Origin: Candidatus Parcubacteria bacterium
GTDB taxonomy: Bacteria > Patescibacteriota > Minisyncoccia > Sungbacterales > SURF-37
Direction: 5' to 3'
NCBI GenBank assembly: GCA_003599755.1
Contig: QZJO01000011.1
Span: 2,424-66,423, forward strand
Length of the DNA stretch: 64,000 nt
The notes under the pieces were generated by a model. It was not told where the DNA came from, searched no databases, and worked only from the letters and a program-made list of their open reading frames with translations. Shown here one piece after another: positions 36,207 to 46,720 of the stretch. The translations under genes and the position numbers were made by a program. Each line of letters starts with the position of its first letter. Positions within the stretch are counted from its first letter, which is position 1.

Positions 36207-37184
36207 TTACGGCTGCAGAATATCTTCAGTGCGTCCGTCGATCGATAGCACGACGCTCGATACGGTCGGGAACTGCTTGAGTGTTTCGGTAATCTGTGCG
36301 CGGATCGCCGAGACGCGGCAGGAGCCCCCGACCGCGCGTTCCAATTCATTCGAGAAGTCCACGCGCGCCACGCCGTTGGCGATCGTCAGGGATTGGATCA
36401 TGACGCCCGGATTGATGCTCGTGAAGTAGCCCGCTTGCACCTCGGTGCCGGTCGGACCTCCGAGCAGTTCTTCGAGCGCGGCGCGGGCCACGGCGGTCGT
36501 CCGCTCGATGCGCCGATCCACCGGAAAGACGCGATTGCAGGAGAATTCCGGATCGAGCGCGCTGTTGTTGAAGAACGCCTTGACCGTTATGGGATCGCTG
36601 ATGGCAGCCCGAGGCGCGAAACGCACGGGCACGCGCAATTCATTGGCGTGTTCGGGGAGGCCCGACGGGTTATCCTTTTCGAGCACGAGCGTGCCGGTCT
36701 CGGTTGTCGGCGGATCAAAGTACAGGACCGCGCGGAACGGAACGAAATCGGTCGTCATCCACTCCCCTTGCGCCTGGGCGGGAATCACGCCGAGTTCGCG
36801 GTTGTCGGCATCGAAAATCCTAATCGGAAACGACGCTTCGAAATACCAATTGCCGCGCGCTTCACCCTCCAGCACGAGCGGCGAGGATACGACTTCGTTT
36901 TGGAGCGGCCGGTCGAGCACGATCAGGTCCGGAATTTGAGCTCGCTCATTTTGCGGCGGCGCGACGGATTCGGTGAATGTTTTGTCGCCCGCTCGGCACT
37001 GGCGCGGGTGGGACTCGGTGACCGGGAATCCGCGCGCTACGCAGGTCGCGAAGTCATTGGTCGCCCGGACCTTTTGCCACTCGAACCAGAAACACCAGTC
37101 GTCCTCGCAAGTATAGAGAAGCGCCGTGGCCAGGCCGATGAGTGCTGCGATAATGAGAATCGTGATGACGAGTCCGGTGCGCAT
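36207..37184 (-). CDS. GerMN domain protein with N-terminal anchor and Ig-like (Gmad2-type) domain
   Basis: C-terminal GerMN signature (VKAFFNNSALDPEFSCNRVFPVDRRIERTTAVARAALEELLGGPTGTE...SIANGVARVDFSNEL). Confidence 0.65.
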   Translation of the reverse strand: MRTGLVITILIIAALIGLATALLYTCEDDWCFWFEWQKVRATNDFATCVARGFPVTESHPRQCRAGDKTFTESVAPPQNERAQIPDLIVLDRPLQNEVVSSPLVLEGEARGNWYFEASFPIRIFDADNRELGVIPAQAQGEWMTTDFVPFRAVLYFDPPTTETGTLVLEKDNPSGLPEHANELRVPVRFAPRAAISDPITVKAFFNNSALDPEFSCNRVFPVDRRIERTTAVARAALEELLGGPTGTEVQAGYFTSINPGVMIQSLTIANGVARVDFSNELERAVGGSCRVSAIRAQITETLKQFPTVSSVVLSIDGRTEDILQP

Positions 37185-37263
37185 AGATGGGATTCGTTAT
37201 GGGATAATCGGCATTTCGGGTGCTGAATGTGACGTTAATACTACCGTTGGACTTTCGGTCCCG

Positions 37264-38514
37264 TTACTCATAGCGTAGGGCCTCGATGGGCGCTTTTTGC
37301 GCGGCCCGGCGCGCCGGATAGAGCCCGAAGATAATGCCGGTGACCGATGCGACGAGTACGGCCGAGAGGATGGCCGATGCCGGCATCGCGAATGCCCAAT
37401 CGAACGTCGAAAATTGCGTTACGGCAACGTATACGCCGGCCGCCAACAGCGCGCCGAGCGCAATGCCCGCGATGCCGCCCACGATCGAAAGCATGATCGC
37501 TTCGACGAGGAACTGCATGAGAATGTCGCGATTCGTGGCGCCCACTGCCTTGCGCAACCCGATCTCGCGCGTTCGTTCCACGACCGAGACAAGCATGATG
37601 TTCATCACGCCGATGCCGCCGACGATGAGCGAGATGGAGGCGATCGCCGTCAGAAAGAGCGTGAGAACGGAGGTAACCGTGCCCAAGAGGTCGAGCGCCT
37701 CGGCTTGCGTGCGAACCGTGAAATCATCTTTGTCGGGATCCGTGATGCGGTGGTTTTGGCGCAGGAGCGATATGATGCGCGACTTCACGAATTCGACGTC
37801 GTAGCCGTCAGCCGCTTTGACCGCGATTTCGTTATAGTAATTGATGCCGAGGAGCTGCTTTTGCGCGACCGACATCGGGATCAATACCATGTCGCTCATG
37901 GCCGAGCCGAGAAGGCCGAGTCCCTCGGCGGATATAACGCCGACGACGCGGAATGTTTTGTCCTTGATGCGGATCGTCTTACCGATGGGATTGCGCTCGC
38001 CGAAGAGTTCGTCGGCCAGCCCCGGCCCAAGGATCGCGACGGGTGCGGCGGAATCATCGTCGAACGGGGTGAAGCGGCCGCCGGATTCGAATTCGAGATT
38101 GATGATGTCGAAGTATTCCCCGGTGACGCCGATATAGGTCGTCGCGAGGTCGTTGTTTTCAAAGATGACGCGCGCGCTGCCGCGGACCTCGGCCGACACG
38201 CCGGCCACGGACGGTTCGCGGCGGATGGTATCCAGATCCCGCTCGTTGAGCGTTTTGATCACGATCCCGAGTACGGCCGGCGGCGGGCTGAAGCGCGAGC
38301 TCGAGCTGCCGCCCGGCTGGATTGAGATGAGGTTCGAGCCAAACCGCTCGACCTGGTCCACGATCAGGCGCTCGGCCGAGGTGCCGATGGACATCAAGAG
38401 CATTACCGACGCGATGCCGATGACAATGCCGAGGATCGTCAGGAGCGATCTGACTTTGGCATGACGGAGGCCCGCGCTTGCGGTTTTGACGGTGTCGACG
38501 AAGCGCATGAGCAA
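37264..38514 (-). CDS. ABC transporter permease, FtsX/MacB type
   Basis: N-terminal TM, large periplasmic MacB-like domain, C-terminal FtsX four-helix bundle (LTLFLTAIASISLIVGGIGVMNIMLVSV...). Confidence 0.85.
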   Translation of the reverse strand: MLMRFVDTVKTASAGLRHAKVRSLLTILGIVIGIASVMLLMSIGTSAERLIVDQVERFGSNLISIQPGGSSSSRFSPPPAVLGIVIKTLNERDLDTIRREPSVAGVSAEVRGSARVIFENNDLATTYIGVTGEYFDIINLEFESGGRFTPFDDDSAAPVAILGPGLADELFGERNPIGKTIRIKDKTFRVVGVISAEGLGLLGSAMSDMVLIPMSVAQKQLLGINYYNEIAVKAADGYDVEFVKSRIISLLRQNHRITDPDKDDFTVRTQAEALDLLGTVTSVLTLFLTAIASISLIVGGIGVMNIMLVSVVERTREIGLRKAVGATNRDILMQFLVEAIMLSIVGGIAGIALGALLAAGVYVAVTQFSTFDWAFAMPASAILSAVLVASVTGIIFGLYPARRAAQKAPIEALRYE

Positions 38515-39225
38515 TTATTTGAAGAATCCGTCTATGCCCGTGCGCCGTTTGCCGGGCTTCGAGTCTGATTCGATTTTCCCGTCGCGGAGACGAATATGCC
38601 GATCGGCGTATTCGGCCGTATACGTCTCGTGCGTGACAAGAATGATCGTGCGGCCTTCGTTGTTGAGCCGTTCCAGAATTTCCATGACCTGCGCGCCGGA
38701 CGCCGAATCTAAGTTGCCGGTCGGTTCGTCGGCGAAGATAACTTGGGGGTCGTTGACGAGTGCCCGCGCGATCGCAACGCGCTGTTTTTGGCCGCCCGAG
38801 AGGCGGCTCGCTTCCACCAATAGCTTATCGGTCAGTCCTACCGCGCCGACGGCCCGTTCGACTTTCGCTTTGCGCTCGCGGGGTGGGACTGCGGAATATA
38901 ACAGCGGCAGCTCGACGTTTTCATAGACCGACGAGCGGCCGAGTAGATTAAATGATTGGAATACGAAACCAAGTTCCCGGTTGCGGATGCCGGCAAGGTC
39001 GGCGTCCGCGAGCGATGTCATATCCCGGCCGCCGAACTGATACGCGCCTTCGGTCGGTCGCTCGAGAAATGAGAGGATATGCAGGAGTGTGGATTTACCC
39101 GAGCCCGACGGCCCCATAATGGCCACGAATTCGCCGGGATCGATCGTGATGTTTACGTGATCCAACGCTCGGGTGCGTGCGCCGCCGGTGGCGTAGTCCT
39201 TTACGAGGCGTTCGGCATGGATCAT
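38515..39225 (-). CDS. ABC transporter ATP-binding protein (MacB/LolD-type)
   Basis: Walker A GPSGSGKST, signature LSGGQKQRVAIARAL, Walker B VIFADEPTGNLD. Stop/start abuts the permease gene. Confidence 0.9.
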   Translation of the reverse strand: MIHAERLVKDYATGGARTRALDHVNITIDPGEFVAIMGPSGSGKSTLLHILSFLERPTEGAYQFGGRDMTSLADADLAGIRNRELGFVFQSFNLLGRSSVYENVELPLLYSAVPPRERKAKVERAVGAVGLTDKLLVEASRLSGGQKQRVAIARALVNDPQVIFADEPTGNLDSASGAQVMEILERLNNEGRTIILVTHETYTAEYADRHIRLRDGKIESDSKPGKRRTGIDGFFK

Positions 39226-39294
39226 TTGTTTGTTTTCAGGAAATCCCGCCTGCCGGCAGGCAGGCCGCGGCCGGGAGGCCGCGGAGCTCCTCGT

Positions 39295-40845
39295 TCATTG
39301 GGACGGTCGGCGCCCTACGTCGACGACGCGGTCGCCCTCGGTAACGCCTTCCAAGATTTCCACGTTACCGTCCGTACCGCGCAGACCGAGCGTGACGGCA
39401 ACGTCAGCCGCGTCGGGCGTGCCCCACGGGCGCACGAACGTGCCGTCGTCGGTTTCAATAATGGCGTAGGCGGGGAGAATTAATACGCCCTCTTTCTTTT
39501 GCGCTTCGATATCGAGATTCGCGGTCAGGCCGCTTTTTAGCCGATCATCGGGTGTCTCAAACAGGATGCGGACCTTGTAATTGACTACGCCGTCGATGAT
39601 GGTCTCGCCCGGTTCAATCGACACGACGCTGCCGCGAAACGCTTCTCCCGGGAATGCGTCGAGCGTAATGCGCACGGGATTGCCGCGGTTTACTTTGCCG
39701 ATATCCACTTCGGGAACGTTGGCCTCGATCTCCATGCGGTCCTGCGAAATAAGCGAAACGAGCGCGGTATTGGCTTGCACGATTTCCCCCACCTTGGCGT
39801 CTTGTTTGGTGACGAGGCCGGCGAAGGGCGCGCTCATGACGGTCTCGGCCAGCTGGGCGCGGAGCACGTCGCGGCGCGCTTCGGCTTGGCGCAGCTTTGC
39901 TTCGGCCGAGGCGATGGCCTCGAGCGTGGCGCCGGCTTCCTTCAGGGCAAGTTCGTTTTCGGCAACGGCGAGGTTGGATTCGGCGGTGCGCAACTTTTCC
40001 TCGGCGGAAACGAGGTTCGCCAGCGCGGTATTCACGTTCGTGCGGCCGGTGGATACGTCGGATTTCCAGCCGTCGATGGTTGTCTGGGAAAGTCCGGTCG
40101 TGGAAATCGCCCCGTTCAGCACCATGGCGACGCGGTCCAAAAACGTGCGGATGGCCAGAAGCGTCGCGCGCGCTTCGGCCACGCCATTCTCGGGCCGCGC
40201 GGCAGGATCATCGATCGTTGCGCGCCATGTCACGAGGCGCTGTTCGATCGCTCCGCGTTCGGATTCCACGGTGATTTCCAGCGTAGGATCGGCAACGACG
40301 AATGCGAGCTGGGGGTTGGTCCGCGGATTCGAGAAAAATTGGTCGGCCTTGACCCGGACCGCGTCGTCGGATTTGGTGTAGGCGTCCGAAAGCCGATCGG
40401 CAAGATTTGCCATAGCATCGGCAAGCGCCGTGCGGGCGTTTTCCACTTTTACTTCTTGAATGCGAAGTTCTTCCGGCCGCGTGCCGCGCCGGACTTCCGC
40501 AAGGTTGGCTTGAGCTTCGCCGACGCTCGCCTCGGCTTCGCGGAGCGATGCGGCTAATTCGCCCTGATCGAGCGTTGCCAGGGCCTGGCCGGCGCGTACT
40601 TCGGTTCCCGCTTCGGCAAGGACGCTTGCGACGCGGCCGGTGCGGACGAACGCGAGATTGACGCTTTTGGCCGCCTTCGTGCTGCCGGTCACGCGGACTT
40701 CGGCAACGACCGTCCCCCGCTGCACCTCGATCGCCTCCACCGTATCCGGCTGCTGGGCGTACCAATACCAACCGCCGCCCGCGACGGCGATCGCGAGCGG
40801 GATATAGATAAGCGGCTTTCGAATCAACGCAAAAAGGCGAAGCAT
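39295..40845 (-). CDS. HlyD/MacA-family periplasmic adaptor with extended coiled-coil hairpin
   Basis: N-terminal anchor, beta-barrel/lipoyl segments flanking a very long alpha-helical hairpin (about 250 aa of heptad repeats), C-terminal MP domain. Confidence 0.8.
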   Translation of the reverse strand: MLRLFALIRKPLIYIPLAIAVAGGGWYWYAQQPDTVEAIEVQRGTVVAEVRVTGSTKAAKSVNLAFVRTGRVASVLAEAGTEVRAGQALATLDQGELAASLREAEASVGEAQANLAEVRRGTRPEELRIQEVKVENARTALADAMANLADRLSDAYTKSDDAVRVKADQFFSNPRTNPQLAFVVADPTLEITVESERGAIEQRLVTWRATIDDPAARPENGVAEARATLLAIRTFLDRVAMVLNGAISTTGLSQTTIDGWKSDVSTGRTNVNTALANLVSAEEKLRTAESNLAVAENELALKEAGATLEAIASAEAKLRQAEARRDVLRAQLAETVMSAPFAGLVTKQDAKVGEIVQANTALVSLISQDRMEIEANVPEVDIGKVNRGNPVRITLDAFPGEAFRGSVVSIEPGETIIDGVVNYKVRILFETPDDRLKSGLTANLDIEAQKKEGVLILPAYAIIETDDGTFVRPWGTPDAADVAVTLGLRGTDGNVEILEGVTEGDRVVDVGRRPSQ

Positions 40846-40901
40846 GTCCGTCCCAGTGTATCAAGTTTGACTCGAGAGGCAAGCGGTGGCCGGCCGCGCT
40901 A

Positions 40902-41201
40902 TCACTGCTTTCGTTCTTCGGTGTGGTCCGCCTGCTCTTGGCGCTTGAGAAAGCGCGTGAGATAGACGCTCGCGATCACGACGAGCAGCGTGATGACGAT
41001 GGCATAGATGAATTTCGCGATGACGGTATTTTTCTCGACGTTGATGAAATATCCGATCAATTCGGAGACGGCTTCGTTCCAGGCAAGGCCGGCCACGAGG
41101 CCGAACGCGGTCAAGATGTAACCAAGCGTGCGCTCGCGCACTTCGCGGCGGATTTCTTTCCCCTCTGCGCCTATCTTTTTGAATTCAGAAGTGAATGGCA
41201 T
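40902..41201 (-). CDS. Small two-TM membrane protein (DUF5654-like)
   Basis: Charged N-terminus, two TM helices (LTAFGLVAGLAWNEAVSELIGYF; FIYAIVITLLVVIASVYL), charged tail. Confidence 0.45.
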   Translation of the reverse strand: MPFTSEFKKIGAEGKEIRREVRERTLGYILTAFGLVAGLAWNEAVSELIGYFINVEKNTVIAKFIYAIVITLLVVIASVYLTRFLKRQEQADHTEERKQ

Positions 41202-41210
41202 ACCGGGCTC

Positions 41211-41426
41211 TTAGCGCCGCACGAGGGCATAGGCGCCGTTTTGATAGATCAGCGTGTACTGGCGGTCTTCGTCATCTTCGAATTGCGCCGACCCTTTGGT
41301 GCGGGCTTGGTCGAAAAATACCCGCGCCTCGTCGCTGGAAAGATCGTCGCGCAGATGCCGGATTCCTTCTTCGGCATTATCTTCGTACGAGACCGTCATG
41401 CCGTGGACTGTGGTTTTTTCTGCCAT
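41211..41426 (-). CDS. Small acidic hypothetical protein (71 aa)
   Basis: Compact ORF between two supported genes. Confidence 0.35.
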   Translation of the reverse strand: MAEKTTVHGMTVSYEDNAEEGIRHLRDDLSSDEARVFFDQARTKGSAQFEDDEDRQYTLIYQNGAYALVRR

Positions 41427-41434
41427 AATTTTGG

Positions 41435-41974
41435 TTACAATCCCTGTCCCCGTTTACTCACGCGCGCGACCAGCTCATCACGCAAGCGCTCGGCTTCTTC
41501 GCGATCCAATCCCGGCAGGCGGCCTTCGCTTAGCGCGCCCGTGCGGTTGTATGAAGCGCTGATGCCTGCGGTTTGGATATGGAGATCCGAAAGGCCGAGC
41601 AGGCGCGCAAGGATGCCGCGGTAGATATCCACATTTTGGATGCGATCGTAGGGAATGGTTACGGACTGCTTCCAGATAACGCCGGATTCTTTGCGGAAGC
41701 CCAGATCGCTCAATTCATAGCGATAGTAATAGTACGAGAGACGCGCCCAGACATACGCAAGCGCGAGCACGAGGATGAAGATCGAAATCGTAATTACGCC
41801 CGCCGTGCTGATGGCACCGAGAGCCACATCGAATGACATGTCGCCGTCCTGCGGCGCGCGAGAATTGACAGCGGCGAAGAACGAAATAAAGCTCGCCACC
41901 GCTGCCGCGACAATTGCGGCGCCGGCAAACTGGAAGAAAAATAGCCATACGGCGCGCGGATGGAGTTGCTTCAT
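41435..41974 (-). CDS. Bacterial PH-domain (membrane-flanked, DUF304/YdbT-like) protein
   Basis: Two N-terminal TM helices then a PH-like domain (FRKESGVIWKQSVTIPYDRIQNVDIYRGILARLLGLSDLHIQTAG). Confidence 0.6.
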   Translation of the reverse strand: MKQLHPRAVWLFFFQFAGAAIVAAAVASFISFFAAVNSRAPQDGDMSFDVALGAISTAGVITISIFILVLALAYVWARLSYYYYRYELSDLGFRKESGVIWKQSVTIPYDRIQNVDIYRGILARLLGLSDLHIQTAGISASYNRTGALSEGRLPGLDREEAERLRDELVARVSKRGQGL

Positions 41975-42008
41975 ATATTCCTATGGTAGCGCCGCGGAGA
42001 ATCCGGCG

Positions 42009-42335
42009 CTAGCGGATCGATGCACCGGGCGGCACCTCGCGGTCCGGCACGAGGAGGGCCGGTCCATCCCCGGAATCCGCCGCTAACAGCATGCCCTGGC
42101 TCTCTAAGCCCATGAGGGCGCGGGGCTCAAGATTCGCAACAATGATGATCTGGCGGCCGATCAGCGTATCGGGTTCGTAGCGCTTGCCGATGCCGGCCAG
42201 GATCTGGCGCTCCCCGATCTCGGCGCCGAGATCCACGCGGAGCTTCAGGAGTTTTTCCGATCCCTCTACGCGTTCGGCTTCGCGAATGGTTCCGGCGCGG
42301 AGATCGATTTTTTTGAAATCGTCGAATGGGATCAT
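42009..42335 (-). CDS. csaA: tRNA-binding protein (CsaA/Trbp111, EMAP-II-like OB fold)
   Basis: FKKIDLRAGTIREAERVEGSEKLLKLRVDLG...RQIIIVANLEPRALMGLESQGMLLAA is the canonical tRNA-binding OB-fold pattern. Confidence 0.8.
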   Translation of the reverse strand: MIPFDDFKKIDLRAGTIREAERVEGSEKLLKLRVDLGAEIGERQILAGIGKRYEPDTLIGRQIIIVANLEPRALMGLESQGMLLAADSGDGPALLVPDREVPPGASIR

Positions 42336-42338
42336 GTT

Positions 42339-42782
42339 TCAGAATTCGTGGAGCCCTTCGAAATTCGCAAAAAATTTTCTGATCGCAATCTGACTGCTCT
42401 CAGCAGCACGCAGATGATTGACCGTCATCGAGGCCTTTTGAAGTTCGTTGGCAAAAAATTCCTGCTCTTTCTCGGACGTATCGAATTTCGGGCTGCCGTA
42501 TGCCCCGCAATCGGCATGGACCATAAGGCCGATGGCTCTGGGCTTGTGGAGCTTGATGGATTTGGCGATCTGATCGAGTAGATATACGCGATCGGTCTCG
42601 CCCGGCTGGCCGGCAAGGCCCTTGGCGCCGCCGGCGACTTTGATGAGGTCCACGTGCTGCCAGCCCTGCCTTGCGACCAGTTCCCCGAGGAGCGGCGAGA
42701 ATCGATCATCGAAGCACCAGATGATGCAAATGTCGGCTTCGTAATGATGGGCATCGGACGGATGCGGGAGAATGGTTTGCAT
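42339..42782 (-). CDS. Beta-class carbonic anhydrase, minimal Cab-type (147 aa)
   Basis: Zinc-ligand and dyad motifs CIIWCFDDRF (C-x-D-x-R) and MVHADCGAYG (H-x-x-C-G), plus KVAGGA, compared by eye to archaeal Cab (CIITCMDSRL, VGHTDCGMA, VIKNAGN). Confidence 0.65.
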   Translation of the reverse strand: MQTILPHPSDAHHYEADICIIWCFDDRFSPLLGELVARQGWQHVDLIKVAGGAKGLAGQPGETDRVYLLDQIAKSIKLHKPRAIGLMVHADCGAYGSPKFDTSEKEQEFFANELQKASMTVNHLRAAESSQIAIRKFFANFEGLHEF

Positions 42783-42855
42783 GGATTTTTTCTACACCAA
42801 AACGCCATTAAAGGGAATCCGCGGACGGCGACTGTGCCGTCCGCGGAGTTCGAGA

Positions 42856-43584
42856 TCACTGCTCGCCCTGTTCGTAGGGCAATGCCGATAGGAGTTGCAT
42901 CCGTTCGCCGGATGCGAGCCAGGCCTCCCAGCGCTGGGGATCGACGAAGTACGATCGCTTCGTACCGTGGCGCCAGATGGAGCAGTTGATGCGGAGCCAG
43001 AGCATGATCCGGCCGAGTATCGAGCGATACGCGTACCCCGCTTCCTGATAGCGGAACCTCCGGAAGTGCTGTACGCCCCACGAAATCTGGATGCAGGGAG
43101 CGATGGCGAACCGCTTGCCGGCATCCTCGCCGAGCTCTTCTTCGGCGGCGGCCCGGATGCGGCGCTTGGCGGCGACGATGCCGCCGATCACCTGCTCGGG
43201 ATCCATCTTATGCGCGTGCGCCGCGCCGCAGGGCGCATGGCCGAGCGCGATGACCACGTCGATGTTCTTGAGCTTGAGGCCCTTGATGATGTGACGCACG
43301 AGGACTGCGCCGTCGGGCAGGCCGACGCTGAGCGGCGAATCCTCGGGCGCGAGGAGCGGACCGCCGTTGAGTGCAACCAGGTGCACGCGCGGACCGTTGC
43401 CGTGGCGCCGGCAGATGCCGGACAGGAAATCGAACACGTCTTCACTTTGGTCTCCGTCGCCGCAGATTGCGGCGACCACGCCCTGCTGCGGTTGGAGCCG
43501 GTGGCCGTCGACGTCCTTCAAGACGCCGAAGCGCCGCATCGCGCGATACTCCATTGCGTGGCGAAGGGTGAGCGCGAGGCCCAA
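42856..43584 (-). CDS. Divergent beta-carbonic-anhydrase-family paralog with altered dyad (C-G-D-G-D) and 100-aa C-terminal extension
   Basis: AAICGDGDQ ... VHLVALNGGP ... VVIALGHAPCGAAHAH keeps the Cys/His/Cys ligand spacing, but the conserved Arg of CxDxR is replaced by Asp. Start may be an internal Met. Confidence 0.5.
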   Translation of the reverse strand: MGLALTLRHAMEYRAMRRFGVLKDVDGHRLQPQQGVVAAICGDGDQSEDVFDFLSGICRRHGNGPRVHLVALNGGPLLAPEDSPLSVGLPDGAVLVRHIIKGLKLKNIDVVIALGHAPCGAAHAHKMDPEQVIGGIVAAKRRIRAAAEEELGEDAGKRFAIAPCIQISWGVQHFRRFRYQEAGYAYRSILGRIMLWLRINCSIWRHGTKRSYFVDPQRWEAWLASGERMQLLSALPYEQGEQ

Positions 43585-43723
43585 GCGGTATCCTCCCTTG
43601 GAAAGGGTTGGTAGCGTGCTCGTGAGCGGATTTGCTCACCGCCGCATCTTCCTTCTGGAATTCGAATATGTCAAGGGCGCCGCTACGCGAAATAGCCGCA
43701 TTTATGTGCGTTTTTTGCCTTAA

Positions 43724-43963
43724 CTAATCGAGGAGTACCTTTACGTGGTTCTCGGCGTCCATTTCCAAAAATCCCCCGCTTGTCGCAAGTTCTTTTTTTG
43801 AGCCGTCGGGCGCGGTGATGACCGCCTCGCCCGGCGCAAGCACGGTGATGAGCGGCCGATGGTGATCCAAAATCGTGATCTCGCCGCTTTGGGTTTTGAC
43901 GGTGAAGGCAGAGGCCTCGCCGTCGAAATCCACGCCGCGTAATGATGCAATGGTGAGCTTCAT
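43724..43963 (-). CDS. atpC: F0F1 ATP synthase subunit epsilon, N-terminal beta-sandwich domain only (79 aa)
   Basis: MKLTIASLRGVDFDGEASAFTVKTQSGEITILDHHRPLITVLAPGEAVI... is the typical epsilon N-domain; no C-terminal helical hairpin. Confidence 0.75.
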   Translation of the reverse strand: MKLTIASLRGVDFDGEASAFTVKTQSGEITILDHHRPLITVLAPGEAVITAPDGSKKELATSGGFLEMDAENHVKVLLD

Positions 43964-43971
43964 ACTTGTGC

Positions 43972-44268
43972 CTATGTGGCGTCTTCAAAATCTATGCCGA
44001 TGGAACCCGCATCCATCGCGCCGATTTTTTCGGCCGCAGATCTGTGCAGCGGATGGTTTCGATATGCGTCCAGTGCATCTCGATCGCGTACCATTACAAC
44101 GAATGCGTGCGTATATCCTTCATTCCATTTCGAGAAGTTTTTGCCGCACCGAATATCGATGATGCCATCGATCTGTCCTTTGAGCGTCCGAATGTCTTTC
44201 ATGATAGAGATAGTTTCCTCTTCTGTCGTGCCAGGTTTCCAACGGAATATCGCGATATGCGTGATCAT
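43972..44268 (-). CDS. Dabb-family stress-responsive dimeric alpha/beta-barrel protein, inserted between atpD and atpC
   Basis: MITHIAIFRWKPGTTEEE...GYTHAFVVMVRDRDALDAYRNHPLH matches the Dabb (stress-responsive A/B barrel) signature. Confidence 0.7.
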   Translation of the reverse strand: MITHIAIFRWKPGTTEEETISIMKDIRTLKGQIDGIIDIRCGKNFSKWNEGYTHAFVVMVRDRDALDAYRNHPLHRSAAEKIGAMDAGSIGIDFEDAT

Positions 44269-44277
44269 GAGTGTTTA

Positions 44278-44303
44278 TTCTAATGTTCTTAAGAACATTA
44301 GAA
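44278..44303. repeat. Perfect 26-bp palindrome TTCTAATGTTCTTAAGAACATTAGAA between atpD and the Dabb gene
   Basis: Read directly; the right half is the exact reverse complement of the left. 10 nt upstream of the Dabb start codon. Confidence 0.7.
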
Positions 44304-44351
44304 TGTACTTTGCGGATGCTGGCCGATAACTTAATGACCAGTGACCAATGA

Positions 44352-45776
<1,425 letters not shown>

Positions 45777-46718
45777 CTATGCCAGTGCGCTTTGCGTTGA
45801 GGTAATTTCGATCAGTTCCTTGGTAATGGCTGCTTGGCGCGCCTTGTTGAACTCGATCAAAAGCTTCCCGGAAATGTCATCGGCGTTATCCGATGCATTT
45901 TTCATCGCCACGCGGCGCGCGGAATGTTCCGAGGCGTTGGCCTCGAGCACAAGGTCGTAGATTTGCATGCGAATCAAGTGCGGCACAAGCGCGGCCAGCG
46001 CTTCGGCCGGGGACGGTTCGAAAATAAATTCGATCGGCTCGGCGTTGCGCCCGCCCGCTTCCGGGCTTTTGCCGAGCTCGGCGAAGCGGCCATGTTCGGG
46101 CACGATCTCATCCACGGTTTCGCGGATTTTTGCCATATCGGTCGGCAGGATTTGGCGGGCAAGCGGATCTTGGCGCAGCGTCGTGCGAAAATGCGTGGAA
46201 ATTGTCATGACGCGGTCCCAGGAGCCATCGACAAATCCTTGGACCAAAAGATCGGCAAGCGGCGTGATCTCTTCGGTATCGGCATAATCGCCAAAGCCCT
46301 CGAAGCGGGCGACAATATTCCAATTTCGTTTCTCGGCATAGCGGATCGCCTTGCGGCCCACCGCAATGACCACGAAACGATGGTCGGCGTCGGTACGGTA
46401 TTCGTCGGTCGCGAGCAATTCCTCCATTTTGCGGAATACTTGCGTGTTGAACGAGCCGGCGAGCCCTCGATCCGAGGCGACAAGCAGCAAAGCGGTTGCG
46501 GCGATCGGTCGCGCGGCCATGAGCGGCGAGAGAATCGGAGCGTTCGCCGATACGCGGCCGAGAATTTCAAGCGCCAAAAAAGCGTACGCGCGCGAGGCGA
46601 GCGCGAGTTCTTGGGCGCGGCGCATCTTCGTGGCCGAGACCACTTCCATGGCACGCGTAATCTGGCCGATGTTTTGGACCGCGCGGCGGCGGGATTTGAT
46701 TGTCTGGAGAGATTCCAT
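45777..46718 (-). CDS. atpG: F0F1 ATP synthase subunit gamma
   Basis: MESLQTIKSRRRAVQNIGQITRAMEVVSATKMRRAQ... and C-terminal ...ITKELIEI. Confidence 0.9.
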   Translation of the reverse strand: MESLQTIKSRRRAVQNIGQITRAMEVVSATKMRRAQELALASRAYAFLALEILGRVSANAPILSPLMAARPIAATALLLVASDRGLAGSFNTQVFRKMEELLATDEYRTDADHRFVVIAVGRKAIRYAEKRNWNIVARFEGFGDYADTEEITPLADLLVQGFVDGSWDRVMTISTHFRTTLRQDPLARQILPTDMAKIRETVDEIVPEHGRFAELGKSPEAGGRNAEPIEFIFEPSPAEALAALVPHLIRMQIYDLVLEANASEHSARRVAMKNASDNADDISGKLLIEFNKARQAAITKELIEITSTQSALA

Positions 46719-46720
46719 GG

